This document shows, piece after piece, positions 25,335-35,712 of a DNA stretch of 64,000 bases. The first letter of the stretch is position 1; each line of letters begins with the position of its first letter. Below the pieces are notes generated by a model. That model saw only the letters and a program-made list of their open reading frames with translations, searched no databases and had not been told where the DNA came from. The stretch is from an uncultured Verrucomicrobiae bacterium (lineage in GTDB: Bacteria > Verrucomicrobiota > Verrucomicrobiia > Chthoniobacterales > UBA10450): NCBI GenBank assembly GCA_963726745.1, contig CAVSDR010000006.1, positions 672,001-736,000 on the forward strand, read 5' to 3'. A program made the position numbers and the translations under genes.

Positions 25335-26942
25335 ATGAAAACATCGTTCCTTCCCTCTCTCGCTGTCGCTGTTGCTCTCCTTTCGGGTAGCGCCGCCTCG
25401 GGCGTTACCGTCGCTTCCGATCCAGTCGGTTTCGCCACGCTGAGCCTCCCCGCCAACTCCGATTCCTATGTCTCGGTTCCCTTCACCCGGCCCCCGGAGT
25501 TCACCGGCGGCATCCAATCTGTTGCCGGTAATGTCATCACGGTGAGCGGCACACCTGGCTGGACGGCCAACCAATTCGTTTACGCTGGCACTGGCCAGCC
25601 GAAGCATTTCTACGCGCTCATTGGGCCCGGCGGGAGCAGCAATCCCAAGGAAGGTCACACCTACCCGGTGACCGCGAATGGCTCGAACACGATCACGGTT
25701 GACACTTCAGCCGACAACCTCACCGGGATTACCGCCAACACCCAGGTGGTGCTCATTCCCTACTGGACCGTCGCCACCGTTTTCCCGGCGACCGACGCGA
25801 ATATCTCCTTCGCCCCTTCGACCTCCTCGGCTTCGCTCAAGACCCTCGTCCGCGTGCCAAACGATGCCGCCAACGGCATCAACCTGCCCTATCTCGCTGA
25901 CTATTATTTTAGCAGCAACATCGACGGCACCAGTTCGAACGTCGGCTGGCGCAAAGTGGGCGACGGCAACACCGTGGATCATGGCGACGACGTCCTGCTC
26001 CCGGATAGCTACTTCGTCGTCCGCAATCAAAACGGCGCCCCGACCACGGCCCTGACTGCGCTCGGGTCGGTGCTCCTGAAGAAGCTGGCTGTTCCGCTTC
26101 GCACTTCCACCACCGGCCAGCAGGACAATCCCGTTTCGCTTCTGCGCCCGATGGACGTCGCCTTGAGCATGACCGGCTTGAATCCGACCGACGGTTCCTT
26201 TACGGCCAACGATCAGCTGCTGGTCTACAACAACGCGCAGATCGGCTTCAACAAGTCGCCTTCCGCCGTTTATTACCGCGATCCGGCGAATGGTTTTAAC
26301 TGGCGTCTTGTAGGCGATAACAACCTCCTCGATCACGGCAATGACGTCATCCCGCTCGGCACCGGTTTCGTGGTACGCAAAGCAGCGACCGCTTCCGGCG
26401 CGAACGTCTTCTGGACCAATACTCTCCCCGTGCAGGCCGCCAGTGCGGTTTCCCGCAAACTTCACGGCGGCACACCGTTTGACATCAATCTCCCGCTTAC
26501 CACCGGCACGCCCGGCATCGAGCCTCGCAACCTCGGCTCGGGCTATCAGGTCGTCGTCAATTTCCCGGCAGCGGTCACCTTCACCGGTGCAACGGTGACT
26601 TCCGGCACGGCCACCCTCGGCACGGTTTCGGGCAGTGGCACCACGCAGGCGACGATCAACATCACCGCGGCGAACACCGCGCAGTTCGTCACCTTGAACC
26701 TGGCCAACGTAAACGACGGCGTGAACACCAACGATGTGCCGGTGACCATGGGTATCCTCGTAGGCGACGTGAATCAAAACGGGACGGTAAACGCCGGCGA
26801 TACCTTGGTGACGCGGAATCGAGCCGGCGGCCCGGTCGATGCAACGACCTTCTACTCGGACATCAATGCGGACGGCTCTGTGAACGCGGGCGATACCCTG
26901 TCCGTGCGGAATCGGTCCAACGACACGCTGTTCCCGAACTAA
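25335..26942 (+). CDS. TIGR02597-like secreted protein with C-terminal dockerin-like module
   Basis: SDPVGF.TL....NSDSYVSVPF.RPP N-terminus, IPYWT, duplicated W..VGD..DHG.DV motif; Ca-loops GDVNQNGTVNAGD and SDINADGSVNAGD. Confidence 0.75.
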   Translation: MKTSFLPSLAVAVALLSGSAASGVTVASDPVGFATLSLPANSDSYVSVPFTRPPEFTGGIQSVAGNVITVSGTPGWTANQFVYAGTGQPKHFYALIGPGGSSNPKEGHTYPVTANGSNTITVDTSADNLTGITANTQVVLIPYWTVATVFPATDANISFAPSTSSASLKTLVRVPNDAANGINLPYLADYYFSSNIDGTSSNVGWRKVGDGNTVDHGDDVLLPDSYFVVRNQNGAPTTALTALGSVLLKKLAVPLRTSTTGQQDNPVSLLRPMDVALSMTGLNPTDGSFTANDQLLVYNNAQIGFNKSPSAVYYRDPANGFNWRLVGDNNLLDHGNDVIPLGTGFVVRKAATASGANVFWTNTLPVQAASAVSRKLHGGTPFDINLPLTTGTPGIEPRNLGSGYQVVVNFPAAVTFTGATVTSGTATLGTVSGSGTTQATINITAANTAQFVTLNLANVNDGVNTNDVPVTMGILVGDVNQNGTVNAGDTLVTRNRAGGPVDATTFYSDINADGSVNAGDTLSVRNRSNDTLFPN

Positions 26943-26971
26943 GCGCTCGTCCGTCCGAAAAGTTTCTCGAG

Positions 26972-27007
26972 AACGCCGCGTGGTTTTCCACGCGGCGTTT
27001 CTTTTTT
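26972..27007 (+). terminator. Rho-independent terminator
   Basis: Perfect stem AACGCCGCGTGG-TTTT-CCACGCGGCGTT followed by a T-tract. Confidence 0.9.
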
Positions 27008-27028
27008 TAGGCTATAACTTCGCAGCTC

Positions 27029-27877
27029 ATGAGTCGCGCTTCCGCCCGTAATCATTCCCTCGGACAGATGGTGCTCAGTTACATCTTGCTGGCTCTTTTT
27101 GGCGCCTTCGCGCTTTTTCCCATTCTTCAGATCGTCACCATTGCGCTGCGTCCGGGCGACCAGTTGCTCTCGACCTCGCTTAGCCTCATCCCCCAAGGCG
27201 CAACGCTGGCGAATTTCCGGATTCTTCTCACCGAGACCGCCTTTCTCCGCTGGGTGCTCAACTCCACCTTGATCGCCCTGGCCGTCACCATTACCGGGGT
27301 CGTCCTCGCTTCCACCGCGGGCTACGCGCTCTCGCGCTTCCGCTTCCTCGGTCGCAGCTCGGTCCTAAACGGCCTGCTCGTGACCCAGATGTTTCCCGCG
27401 ACCATGCTCCTGCTCCCGCTGTATCTCATCCTGATCAAGCTCAGCCTGATCAACTCCTACCTCGGCGTGATTGTGATCTACGCCGCCACCGCGCTCCCCT
27501 TCTGCATCTGGCAGCTTAAGGGCTACTACGACACCATCCCCTTCTCCCTCGAGGAAGCCGCCGGCATCGATGGTTGCTCGCGCTGGCAATCCTTCTACCT
27601 CATCGTCCTGCCATTGGCCCAGCCGGCGATGGTTATCACCGCGCTCTTTTCCTTCATGACCGCCTGGAATGAATACGTCGTCGCGGCCCTCATCCTCCAG
27701 GACGCGGAGAAATTCACTCTGCCGCTGGGCTTGAAAATGTTTCAGGCCAACATGAGCAGCCAGTGGGGCCTCTACGCCTCCGGCGCCTTGCTCGTGAGCA
27801 TCCCGGTGGTCCTCCTTTTCCTGCTCCTCAGCCGCTACCTGGTTTCCGGTCTTAGCTCCGGCGCGGTCAAAGGTTAG
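27029..27877 (+). CDS. malG: Maltose/maltodextrin ABC permease (MalG-like)
   Basis: GYALSRFRF.G, QMFP, KGYYDTIP.SLEEAA.IDG EAA loop, GL.SGAVKG end. Confidence 0.85.
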   Translation: MSRASARNHSLGQMVLSYILLALFGAFALFPILQIVTIALRPGDQLLSTSLSLIPQGATLANFRILLTETAFLRWVLNSTLIALAVTITGVVLASTAGYALSRFRFLGRSSVLNGLLVTQMFPATMLLLPLYLILIKLSLINSYLGVIVIYAATALPFCIWQLKGYYDTIPFSLEEAAGIDGCSRWQSFYLIVLPLAQPAMVITALFSFMTAWNEYVVAALILQDAEKFTLPLGLKMFQANMSSQWGLYASGALLVSIPVVLLFLLLSRYLVSGLSSGAVKG

Positions 27878-27941
27878 CCCCCGCGCTTTTTCCGTTCGAC
27901 TCCCCCGGCGCTCCGCGCGTAAAAGCTTAGACCTCCAAGCT

Positions 27942-28715
27942 ATGAAAAGACTCGTCTCCTTCGGTGCTCTCACTCTCCTCGTCACCTGCGGCCTTGCCTT
28001 GGCCGAACCGACCAACCTCGCCGAGGACGATGCCGCCAGTTATGGCAACTGGGAAAACGACAAGGGCAGCGGCACCGGTTTCGGCAATTGGACCCTGGTC
28101 ACGGAAGCGGGCGGCGAGAATCGCCACGCCGGCTTCTTCATTGCCAGCAAGGAGAACAATCCCGACCTCGAAGGCATCGGCAAGGATGGGAAAGCTTTCG
28201 GCCTTTACGCTAATGGCGATGGCTTCGAACAGGCCGTGGCCTTTCGTCCTTTCAACAAACCGCTCGCCGTCGGCGACTCCTTTTCCTTCATGATGGAGAC
28301 CGGGAAATTTGAGAAAAAATCACCGAAAGACGAAGGCGTAAATGGCTCCGTCGGCCTCGTCCTGCGCTCTGGAAACGCCAATGCTGCCACGGGCGATTAC
28401 AACCATGGCGCGCTCTTCGAATTCGGCCATTACCAGGGGAAAGAGAACTACCAGATCTACGATGGCTCCGGCGCCTCGGCGAACGACTCCGGGGTCCCCT
28501 TCACCGATCAGGGCGTCATCGTGACCGTCACGGTCACGGGCGACGACACCTACGACCTGGAAATCCAGGCCTTGCCCGAGAAAAAGCTGACTAAATTGCC
28601 CGGCCGTAAGTTCAGCAGCAGCGGCAAGGCGGAAAGCTTCGCCATCTTCAATCGCAACAGCGAAAAGAACGACGCCTTCTTCAATCAATTCCAGGTCACG
28701 CACGACGAGAAGTAA
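27942..28715 (+). CDS. Secreted beta-sandwich-like hypothetical protein
   Basis: Signal peptide; aromatic- and Gly-rich; lies between malG and the MFS gene. Confidence 0.7.
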   Translation: MKRLVSFGALTLLVTCGLALAEPTNLAEDDAASYGNWENDKGSGTGFGNWTLVTEAGGENRHAGFFIASKENNPDLEGIGKDGKAFGLYANGDGFEQAVAFRPFNKPLAVGDSFSFMMETGKFEKKSPKDEGVNGSVGLVLRSGNANAATGDYNHGALFEFGHYQGKENYQIYDGSGASANDSGVPFTDQGVIVTVTVTGDDTYDLEIQALPEKKLTKLPGRKFSSSGKAESFAIFNRNSEKNDAFFNQFQVTHDEK

Positions 28716-28755
28716 TCTCGCTGTCTAAACCTCTCGCCCTTTCCGGAGCTTTGCC

Positions 28756-30270
28756 GTGAATCAACCGCGCCTGACTTTTTGGCAGATCTGGAATATGAGC
28801 TTCGGCTTCCTGGGCATCCAGTTCGGCTTCGGCTTGCAGCTCGCGAACATGAGCGCGATCTACGCCAAGCTCGGCGCGGAGCCGGATAAGATTCCCATGC
28901 TCTGGCTGGCCGGCCCGATGACCGGCCTGCTCGTCCAGCCGATCATCGGCTCGATGAGCGATCGCACCTGGAATCGCCTCGGCCGTCGGCGCCCCTATTT
29001 CCTCACCGGCGCAATCCTTTCCAGCATCGCGCTTTTCTTTATGCCCGATGCACCGCTTCTCTGGGTCGCCGCCGGCATGCTCTGGATCCTCGACGCCTCG
29101 ATCAATGTAAGCATGGAACCTTTCCGCGCGTTCGTGGCCGATAAGCTCAACCTCGAGCAGCGCACCGCCGGCTTCGTCATGCAAAGTTTCTTCATCGGCG
29201 TCGGCGCCGCGGTCGCGAATGCCCTGCCCTCGATCTTCAAATACTTCGGCGTCGCCGGTCAGGCGGCCAATGGTGTCCCGCTCACCGTGCAGTATTCCTT
29301 CAAGCTCGGCGCGGCAGTCTTCTTTCTCGCGGTCCTCTGGACCGTGCTGACCACGAAGGAAACGCCGCCGGCCGACATGGAAGCCTTCGAGCGCGAACGT
29401 CGGGAGCGAATACCTTTCCGCCTCCAGCCAGTCTTCCTTGCTGTCGGCGTCGCTGCGGGTGCCACTCTCGGCGCTTCGCGCGGCGCGCTCGTGGAGCACG
29501 AGCTCACGCTCTGGCACATCCTCGCCGGCGGCGCCATCGGCGGCGCGATTGCCGCCGTTCTCTCGAAGCCCGAGGTCGCGGTCGCCATTCGCGAAATGCC
29601 CAAGACCATGCGTCAGCTCGCGGTCGTGCAGTTCTTCACCTGGCTGGGGCTTTTCTGCATGTGGATGTTCTTTAGCCTCGCGACCGCGCAACAGATCTTC
29701 GGGGCGACTGATCCGAAGTCCGCGCGCTTTGACGAAGGCACCGAGTTTGGCGGCCAAACCTTTGCCATCTATTCCATTGTCTGTTTTGCCGTCGCTTTCA
29801 TCCTGCCGAAGTTCGCCCGCCTAACGAGTCGCAAAACCGTCCACACCGTCGCCCTGACCTGCGGCGCGCTCAGCTTGCTGTCTACTTTCTTCATCCACGA
29901 TCCCACGTTGTGGCGCTGCACCATGATCGGCATCGGCATCGCCTGGGCCTCCATCCTCTCGATGCCCTACGCGATCCTCTCCGGCGCGCTCCCCTCGAAT
30001 CGCATGGGCGTTTACATGGGCATCTTCAATTTCTTCATCGTCATCCCCGAGATCCTGGCCTCCCTCGCCCTGCAGCCGGTAGTCAAACAGCTCTTCAATA
30101 ACGACCCCGTAAAGGTCGTCATGCTCGGCGGTGGCTCGTTGCTGCTCGCAGCCATCGCCACCCAGTTCGTCTTCGAACCGGCACACCAGGCCGATGCCCA
30201 GCTCCCGGAGATCGCCCGCGATGAAGCGGTCAGCCTTTCCGCCGTCCCGCCGGAAAGTCCGCTTCCGTGA
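28756..30270 (+). CDS. MFS sugar (maltose/sucrose-type) transporter
   Basis: [41 protein letters not shown] and [15 protein letters not shown] motifs. Confidence 0.9.
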   Translation: MNQPRLTFWQIWNMSFGFLGIQFGFGLQLANMSAIYAKLGAEPDKIPMLWLAGPMTGLLVQPIIGSMSDRTWNRLGRRRPYFLTGAILSSIALFFMPDAPLLWVAAGMLWILDASINVSMEPFRAFVADKLNLEQRTAGFVMQSFFIGVGAAVANALPSIFKYFGVAGQAANGVPLTVQYSFKLGAAVFFLAVLWTVLTTKETPPADMEAFERERRERIPFRLQPVFLAVGVAAGATLGASRGALVEHELTLWHILAGGAIGGAIAAVLSKPEVAVAIREMPKTMRQLAVVQFFTWLGLFCMWMFFSLATAQQIFGATDPKSARFDEGTEFGGQTFAIYSIVCFAVAFILPKFARLTSRKTVHTVALTCGALSLLSTFFIHDPTLWRCTMIGIGIAWASILSMPYAILSGALPSNRMGVYMGIFNFFIVIPEILASLALQPVVKQLFNNDPVKVVMLGGGSLLLAAIATQFVFEPAHQADAQLPEIARDEAVSLSAVPPESPLP

Positions 30271-32722
30271 AGTCGGTCCAGCGCATGGCCGCGCTCGCCC
30301 TTCTAAGCTCGGCTATCTCCCTGCAGGGAGCAGGAGACGGGGCAATCCTGCGCTTTGCGCGCACCGAGAACGCACTCGTATTGCGTTATGGCCTAACGAA
30401 ACCAAGCACCGATCGCCAGACGGTCTTCCTGGCCCTCGGCGACCGCTCCCCGGGCGGGTCGGCAATTCTCCCTTTCGGCGAGAACGCCGAGGGCTCGACC
30501 GTTTTTCTCCCCTTTCGCGCACAGCAGCTTTTCCTCCTGCGACCAGGAAAAAATAGACAGCGCCTTTGGCAAGACTGGCAGTGGGGTCCCACGGCGGACC
30601 TGCCACCGGCCATCCAGGTCGAGTTCAGCGAGAGTGAAGTCAGCGTGACCCTGCCTAACGAGTGGCTGACTGAACGCCCGCAGCTCCAGGTCGCCGCCTA
30701 CGCCAAGGATTTTGGCAGCCAATCCTGGGGCTGGTTTTTCGGCGCGAGCGATCCCACGGTCGCTCCCGGCTTGGGCGACAAATACCTCCCGCGCTTCCTC
30801 GAGCTCGATCTCTCTACACCGGAGAAAGTGTCGGCAAAATCTCGCGCACGCCTCGAGGCCGGCGAACGCCTCCGCATTTACCAGCTCTTCGTGCGACTCT
30901 TCGGCAACACCAACGAGACCCGCCGGGAAAATGGCACCCTGGCCGAGAATGGCGTCGGCAAGTTTGCCGACCTCAACGACGCCGCCCTTGCTTCGCTGCG
31001 CGCTCATGGGCTGCAGCCACCTCTGGCTCACGGGCGTGCTGCAGCAGGCCACCGGCACTGATTATGCCAGCATCGGCCAGCCCGCGGACGACCCCGATCT
31101 CCTCAAAGGCGTCGCCGGCAGCCCCTACGCGATTCGCGATTACTTCGACGTCTCGCCCGATTACGCCACCGACCCCGCGAAGCGAATCGAGGAATTTCGC
31201 GCGCTCCTTGAGCGCATCCACGCTCGCGGGCTCAAGGCGTTGATCGACTTCGTCCCAAATCACGTCGCGCGCAGCTATGCCTCCGACGTCCGGCCGGAGC
31301 TGGACTTCGGCCGGCAGGATGACCGCTCAAAGTTCTTCGACCCAGGGAACAATTTCTTCTACCTCGCCCCGGGCGCCGGCGGCCCGCCGTTGCGCCTGCC
31401 AACGTTGCAGAAAGGGAAGGTCGTTAGTCCTACCTGTCAGCTTCCGGGTTTCGACTGCGATGGCCTCTTTCCCCCGGAGACCGAGCATGGTCGCGTGACC
31501 GGCAACAACCGCGTCACCTGGACGCCGGAGCTTGGGGATTGGTATGAGACCGTGAAACTTAATTACGGCTACGATTTCACCGGCAAAGCCTCCGCCCCGA
31601 AGTTGTATCCCCATGCGGGCGCCGCCGGGGAAACCGCTGCCCGATACCTGGAAGAAGATGGACCAGGTCCTGGCCTATTGGCAGTCGTTAGGCGTGGATG
31701 GTTTCCGCTGCGACATGGCGCACATGGAGCCGCCGGAGTTCTGGCATTGGGCGATCGCGCAGGCTCGCGCGCGCAATCCGGAAGTGGTCTTCGTGGCCGA
31801 AGCTTACGACAACGATCCGGCGAAAGTTCCCGGGAGCGACCCGGTGGTCGCGCAGCTGCACCACGGAAAATCGAACGTGATGTTCGACTTGCTCAATGCC
31901 GGCTTCGACGCGGTCTACGATGACCCGAGCTACAAGGCGGTGAAGAAGATCTACGAGGGCGGCGGCTGGGCCAACGACCTCGATCGCGCCCGCAGCGACG
32001 ACTTTATTTTCGATAATTCCCTCCGCTATGCCGAAAACCACGACGAGGTGCGACTGGCCGCGAAATCGCAGTGGGGCGGACTGGGTCAGGATGTCGGCAA
32101 ACCGGTTACCGCGCTGCTTTACAGTTTGGGACGCGGCGCGGTCATGCTCTACAACGGCCAGGAAGTCGGCGAGCCCGGCGCGGGCGTGGAAGGATTTGGC
32201 AGGGACGACGCTCGCACGTCGATCTTCGATTACTGGTCGATGCCGGAAATGGTGAAGTGGGTGCGTGGCGGAAAGTTTGACGGCGCCGCGCTCGCGCCGG
32301 AGCAGGCCGCGCTGCGCGACTTCTACGCGCGCTTGCTGCAGCTGGTAAACGAGCCGGCCTTTCGCGACGGCGGCTTCTTTCCGCTGAACGCGGCGAATCA
32401 TGACAACCCAAAGTTTGGCCGGCTGGAAGGCGAAAGCGCGAGCGGCCACTGGCTCTACGCCTGCCTGCGGTTCGATCCCCTTTCCGGCCAGCGTTTCCTG
32501 GTGGTAATTAATCTCCATCCCCACGAAAGCGTGCGCGAGGTCGAGCTGCTCCTGCCCGCAGCGGCCCGGAAATTCCTCGAGCTCCCTGAGAAAACAGCCC
32601 TCCGCCTGACGGAGCGGCTCCGTGCTGGCGGCCGCTTCGAAGCCGAGACCGCCGACCACATCTCGCTGCCTGTTTTACCTGCGCTCACCCCTTACTTTTT
32701 CGAGCTCGAGGCCATCCCCTAG
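30267..32722 (+). CDS. GH13 alpha-glucan-active enzyme with N-terminal extension; frameshifts near 31005 and 31630
   Basis: Across three frames: IYQLFVRLFGN, GSPYAIRDY, DFVPNH, DGFRCDMAH, VAEAY and ENHDE. Confidence 0.88.
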
Positions 32723-32784
32723 TCCGGGAGAAAGAACGCGCCGCCCGCCTTGCAAAGGAGGCGCAGAAAGCGAAAAGAGAAAGC

Positions 32785-33573
32785 GTGTACGAAGAAAGCG
32801 GCATTCTCATCGCGCTGGTTCTTTTCCTCGCACTCCTGCTCTCGATCGAGGTGGGTTATCGCGTGGGCCGGCCGGGCGCGACGGCGGTTAATGACTCCAC
32901 ACGCACGCACGTAAACGTGCTCCAGGGATCGCTCCTCGGGATGCTGGCGCTCCTGCTCGGGTTCTCTTTTTCCCTCGCGCTGCAACGTTACGAAAGCCGC
33001 AGCGCGGCCGCGATCGAGGAAGCGAATGCCATTGGCACGGCCTACCTTCGGGTCGATCTTCTACCGCCGGCAATGCAGGCGGAAGTGCGCGGGAAGTTCC
33101 GGACCTACCTCGACCTGCGTTTGCAATCCGGCGCCGTCACCATGGCTAACCCAGCTGAGCGGCGTGCGCTCCTCGCCCGCACGGATCTGGCCTTGCGCGA
33201 CCTCTGGACTTCGGCGCGGCAAGCGGTGGAATTGGACGGGCGCCCGGTGACCGCGGGGCTTTTCGTCCCCGCGGTGAACGCGATGATCGACAGCTATGGA
33301 TCGCGCAACGCCACCCTCGAGCGCCATGTCCCCGCACTGGTCATGTGGCTCCTCTTCAGCACCTTCATCTTCTCCGGCGCCGTCGTCGGTTACGCCGCCG
33401 GGCTGGCGGGCCACCGCGCTTCTTTCGCCACTTACATGATGGTCGCGCTGATCGTGCTGGTTGTTTTCATGATCATCGACCTGGACCGGCCGCGGCGCGG
33501 TTTTATCCGGGTGAATCAGGCCAGCCTGCTCGACTTGCAACAGGCGATCGCGCGCGACGTCCCGGCGCGCTAA
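32785..33573 (+). CDS. DUF4239/bestrophin-like membrane protein
   Basis: LALLLGFSFS.A..RY..R, EANAIGTAYLR, IIDLDRPRRG.I.V. Confidence 0.75.
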   Translation: MYEESGILIALVLFLALLLSIEVGYRVGRPGATAVNDSTRTHVNVLQGSLLGMLALLLGFSFSLALQRYESRSAAAIEEANAIGTAYLRVDLLPPAMQAEVRGKFRTYLDLRLQSGAVTMANPAERRALLARTDLALRDLWTSARQAVELDGRPVTAGLFVPAVNAMIDSYGSRNATLERHVPALVMWLLFSTFIFSGAVVGYAAGLAGHRASFATYMMVALIVLVVFMIIDLDRPRRGFIRVNQASLLDLQQAIARDVPAR

Positions 33574-33581
33574 GCACTCCG

Positions 33582-34472
33582 CTAGTAGGCCGCCTCGGCG
33601 GCGCGGGTCCGTTTCAAAAAGACCTGCGAGAAGGTAAAGAGGATCAAAAAGATCACGACCGACAAGGCCGCAGCCCAGCCGAAGCGATACATATTAAAGG
33701 CCGCCTTGTAGACGTAGGAGACGAGGATGTGCGTGGAATCGGCCGGCTCGCCGCCGTTCGAAACCAGCCAGACGACGTTGATGTTATTAAACGTCCAGAT
33801 CACCCCGAGGGTGATCGCCGGGATCATCACCGGACGCAGCAACGGCACGGTAATATTCCAAAACTGAAACCACTTCGAGGCGCCATCGACATCGGCCGCC
33901 TCGTAAAGATCGTCCGGGATCGATTGCAACCCGCCAAGCGCAATCACCATCATGAAAGGAAAGCCGAGCCAAATGTTAGCCAGGATCACCGCGAGGAAAG
34001 CTTCCGTGGGCGAGGTGAGCCATTGCACCGCCGGCAGGTGGAGATATTTAGTCAGCAGGATGTTCACCGCGCCGTATTCATAGTTAAACATGCTGCGCCA
34101 GGTCAGAGCGGTGATGTATTGCGGCAAGGCCCAGGGCAGGATCAAGGCAATACGCCAGGCGCCTTTTCCGCGGATGAACTTCTGGTGCAGGACAACCGCA
34201 AGAAGCACGCCGATGCTCACGTGGAAGACGATATTTACTGCCGTCCAGATGACCGTCTTAAGTAGAATAGCCCAAAACAACTGCTGCTGAAAAACCGAGG
34301 CATACTGCGCGAAGCCGATCAGCCGCCAGTCGCGGATGTGATAGATGTTCGCGTTTGAAAACGAGAGAATGACGTTGAAAGCGAAGGGAAAAGCGACCAC
34401 GGCCAAAACGACGAGCAGGGCCGGCGCGAGCAGAAAGCCAAGGAAAAGTCGGATCTTGGTCTTTTCGTTCAC
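33582..34472 (-). CDS. malF: Sugar ABC permease (MalF-like)
   Basis: ILPWALP, NIWLGFPFMM, LQSIPDDLYEAADVDGA EAA loop. Confidence 0.85.
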   Translation of the reverse strand: MNEKTKIRLFLGFLLAPALLVVLAVVAFPFAFNVILSFSNANIYHIRDWRLIGFAQYASVFQQQLFWAILLKTVIWTAVNIVFHVSIGVLLAVVLHQKFIRGKGAWRIALILPWALPQYITALTWRSMFNYEYGAVNILLTKYLHLPAVQWLTSPTEAFLAVILANIWLGFPFMMVIALGGLQSIPDDLYEAADVDGASKWFQFWNITVPLLRPVMIPAITLGVIWTFNNINVVWLVSNGGEPADSTHILVSYVYKAAFNMYRFGWAAALSVVIFLILFTFSQVFLKRTRAAEAAY

Positions 34473-34475
34473 AAG

Positions 34476-35708
34476 CTAAAGATTGCTGTCGGCAATGTTC
34501 TTCTCCGCCTCGCGCTGCATCCGGCGCGCAGCTTCCTCTGCGGTGATCGCGCCGTTCATGACCAATTGATAGGGCCCGCGCATGCCTTCCCAGATCTGCC
34601 GCATCTGCGGCAGGATTGGCATTGGCCGGCCATGCGCGATCTGCTCCATGGAAGCGAGGAGCGCGGGATGGTTTTGCATCACCGGGGAAGCGAGCACCGC
34701 GCGATCGGTCGGCGTGGTCGAAAGCTGCTCCGCCATCTCCGTCTGCACCGCGGCGCTCGTGAGGTAGTCGACTAATTCACGAATCGCCGGCAATTTGCCA
34801 GCCGCGGCGGTAGTGCTTACCGAGTAACCCTTCGCGGAAATCATCGGCTCGCAATATAAGCCCGTGGTTTCGTTTCGCGGAAGCGGCGCGATCATAGATT
34901 CATCCGGGATGTGGTAGCCGCCCCAGGACCAGGGGCCGTTGATGATCATGGCCGTGCGCTTCTCCTTGAAGAGCATGTCGGCGATTTCGTAATCCCCTTC
35001 CTTCGGGATGATTTGATACTTGTCGCGCAGGTCGAGCACGAACTGGATCGCGCGCACCGTTTCGGGGGTGTCGAGTGTGGGATGGCCCTCAGCATCCATG
35101 ACCCAGCCGCCAAAGCCGGTGAGAAAGGGAATGAAGAAGAAGGGCTCGCGATAGTTCCAGGTCAGCCCGTATTGGTCGACCTTGCCGTCGCCATCGAGAT
35201 CTTTCGTTAAGCTCTGCCCGAGCGCGACCATTTCCGCGAGCGTCTCCGGTGGCTTTGGCACCAGGGTCTTGTTGTAGACCATGGTCAGGTGATTCCCAAT
35301 TTGGTCCGCCACCAGCCAGCGCTTTCCCTTCCAGCCGACCACTCCCTGCGGGGCAAAGCGGGCAAAGAATTCCTCGGGGAAAACATCCTCGAGCGGCCGA
35401 ATGGTATCCGTGGTCACAAGCACGCCGACATTATCGGCTGGCCCGTAAATTAATTCCGGTCCCTGCCCCGCGACCGCGGCGATGACAAACAGATTCCGCA
35501 GTTCTTCGTTTTCCTTATAGAGCGTTTCGACCACCACCTCGGGATGGGCCGCATTGAAGCGCTTGATTTGCTCGTGAAAAAGGTCGCGCTCCGCGCTGAT
35601 CTTTTGGTGCCAGATGCGGAGGTGCGTCCGCTGGTCCGGCGCCTGGTCGCAAGCCCCGAGCGTGACCGCAAGCAGGAGCCCGGCAAGAAGTCCACGCAGG
35701 AGGCGCAC
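34476..35708 (-). CDS. malE: Maltodextrin-binding lipoprotein (MalE-like)
   Basis: GTG 35708, lipobox LGA-C; AGQGPE, YNK.LVP.PP, MIINGPWS and PMP..PQM..IW motifs. Confidence 0.85.
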   Translation of the reverse strand: MRLLRGLLAGLLLAVTLGACDQAPDQRTHLRIWHQKISAERDLFHEQIKRFNAAHPEVVVETLYKENEELRNLFVIAAVAGQGPELIYGPADNVGVLVTTDTIRPLEDVFPEEFFARFAPQGVVGWKGKRWLVADQIGNHLTMVYNKTLVPKPPETLAEMVALGQSLTKDLDGDGKVDQYGLTWNYREPFFFIPFLTGFGGWVMDAEGHPTLDTPETVRAIQFVLDLRDKYQIIPKEGDYEIADMLFKEKRTAMIINGPWSWGGYHIPDESMIAPLPRNETTGLYCEPMISAKGYSVSTTAAAGKLPAIRELVDYLTSAAVQTEMAEQLSTTPTDRAVLASPVMQNHPALLASMEQIAHGRPMPILPQMRQIWEGMRGPYQLVMNGAITAEEAARRMQREAEKNIADSNL

Positions 35709-35712
35709 GGCG

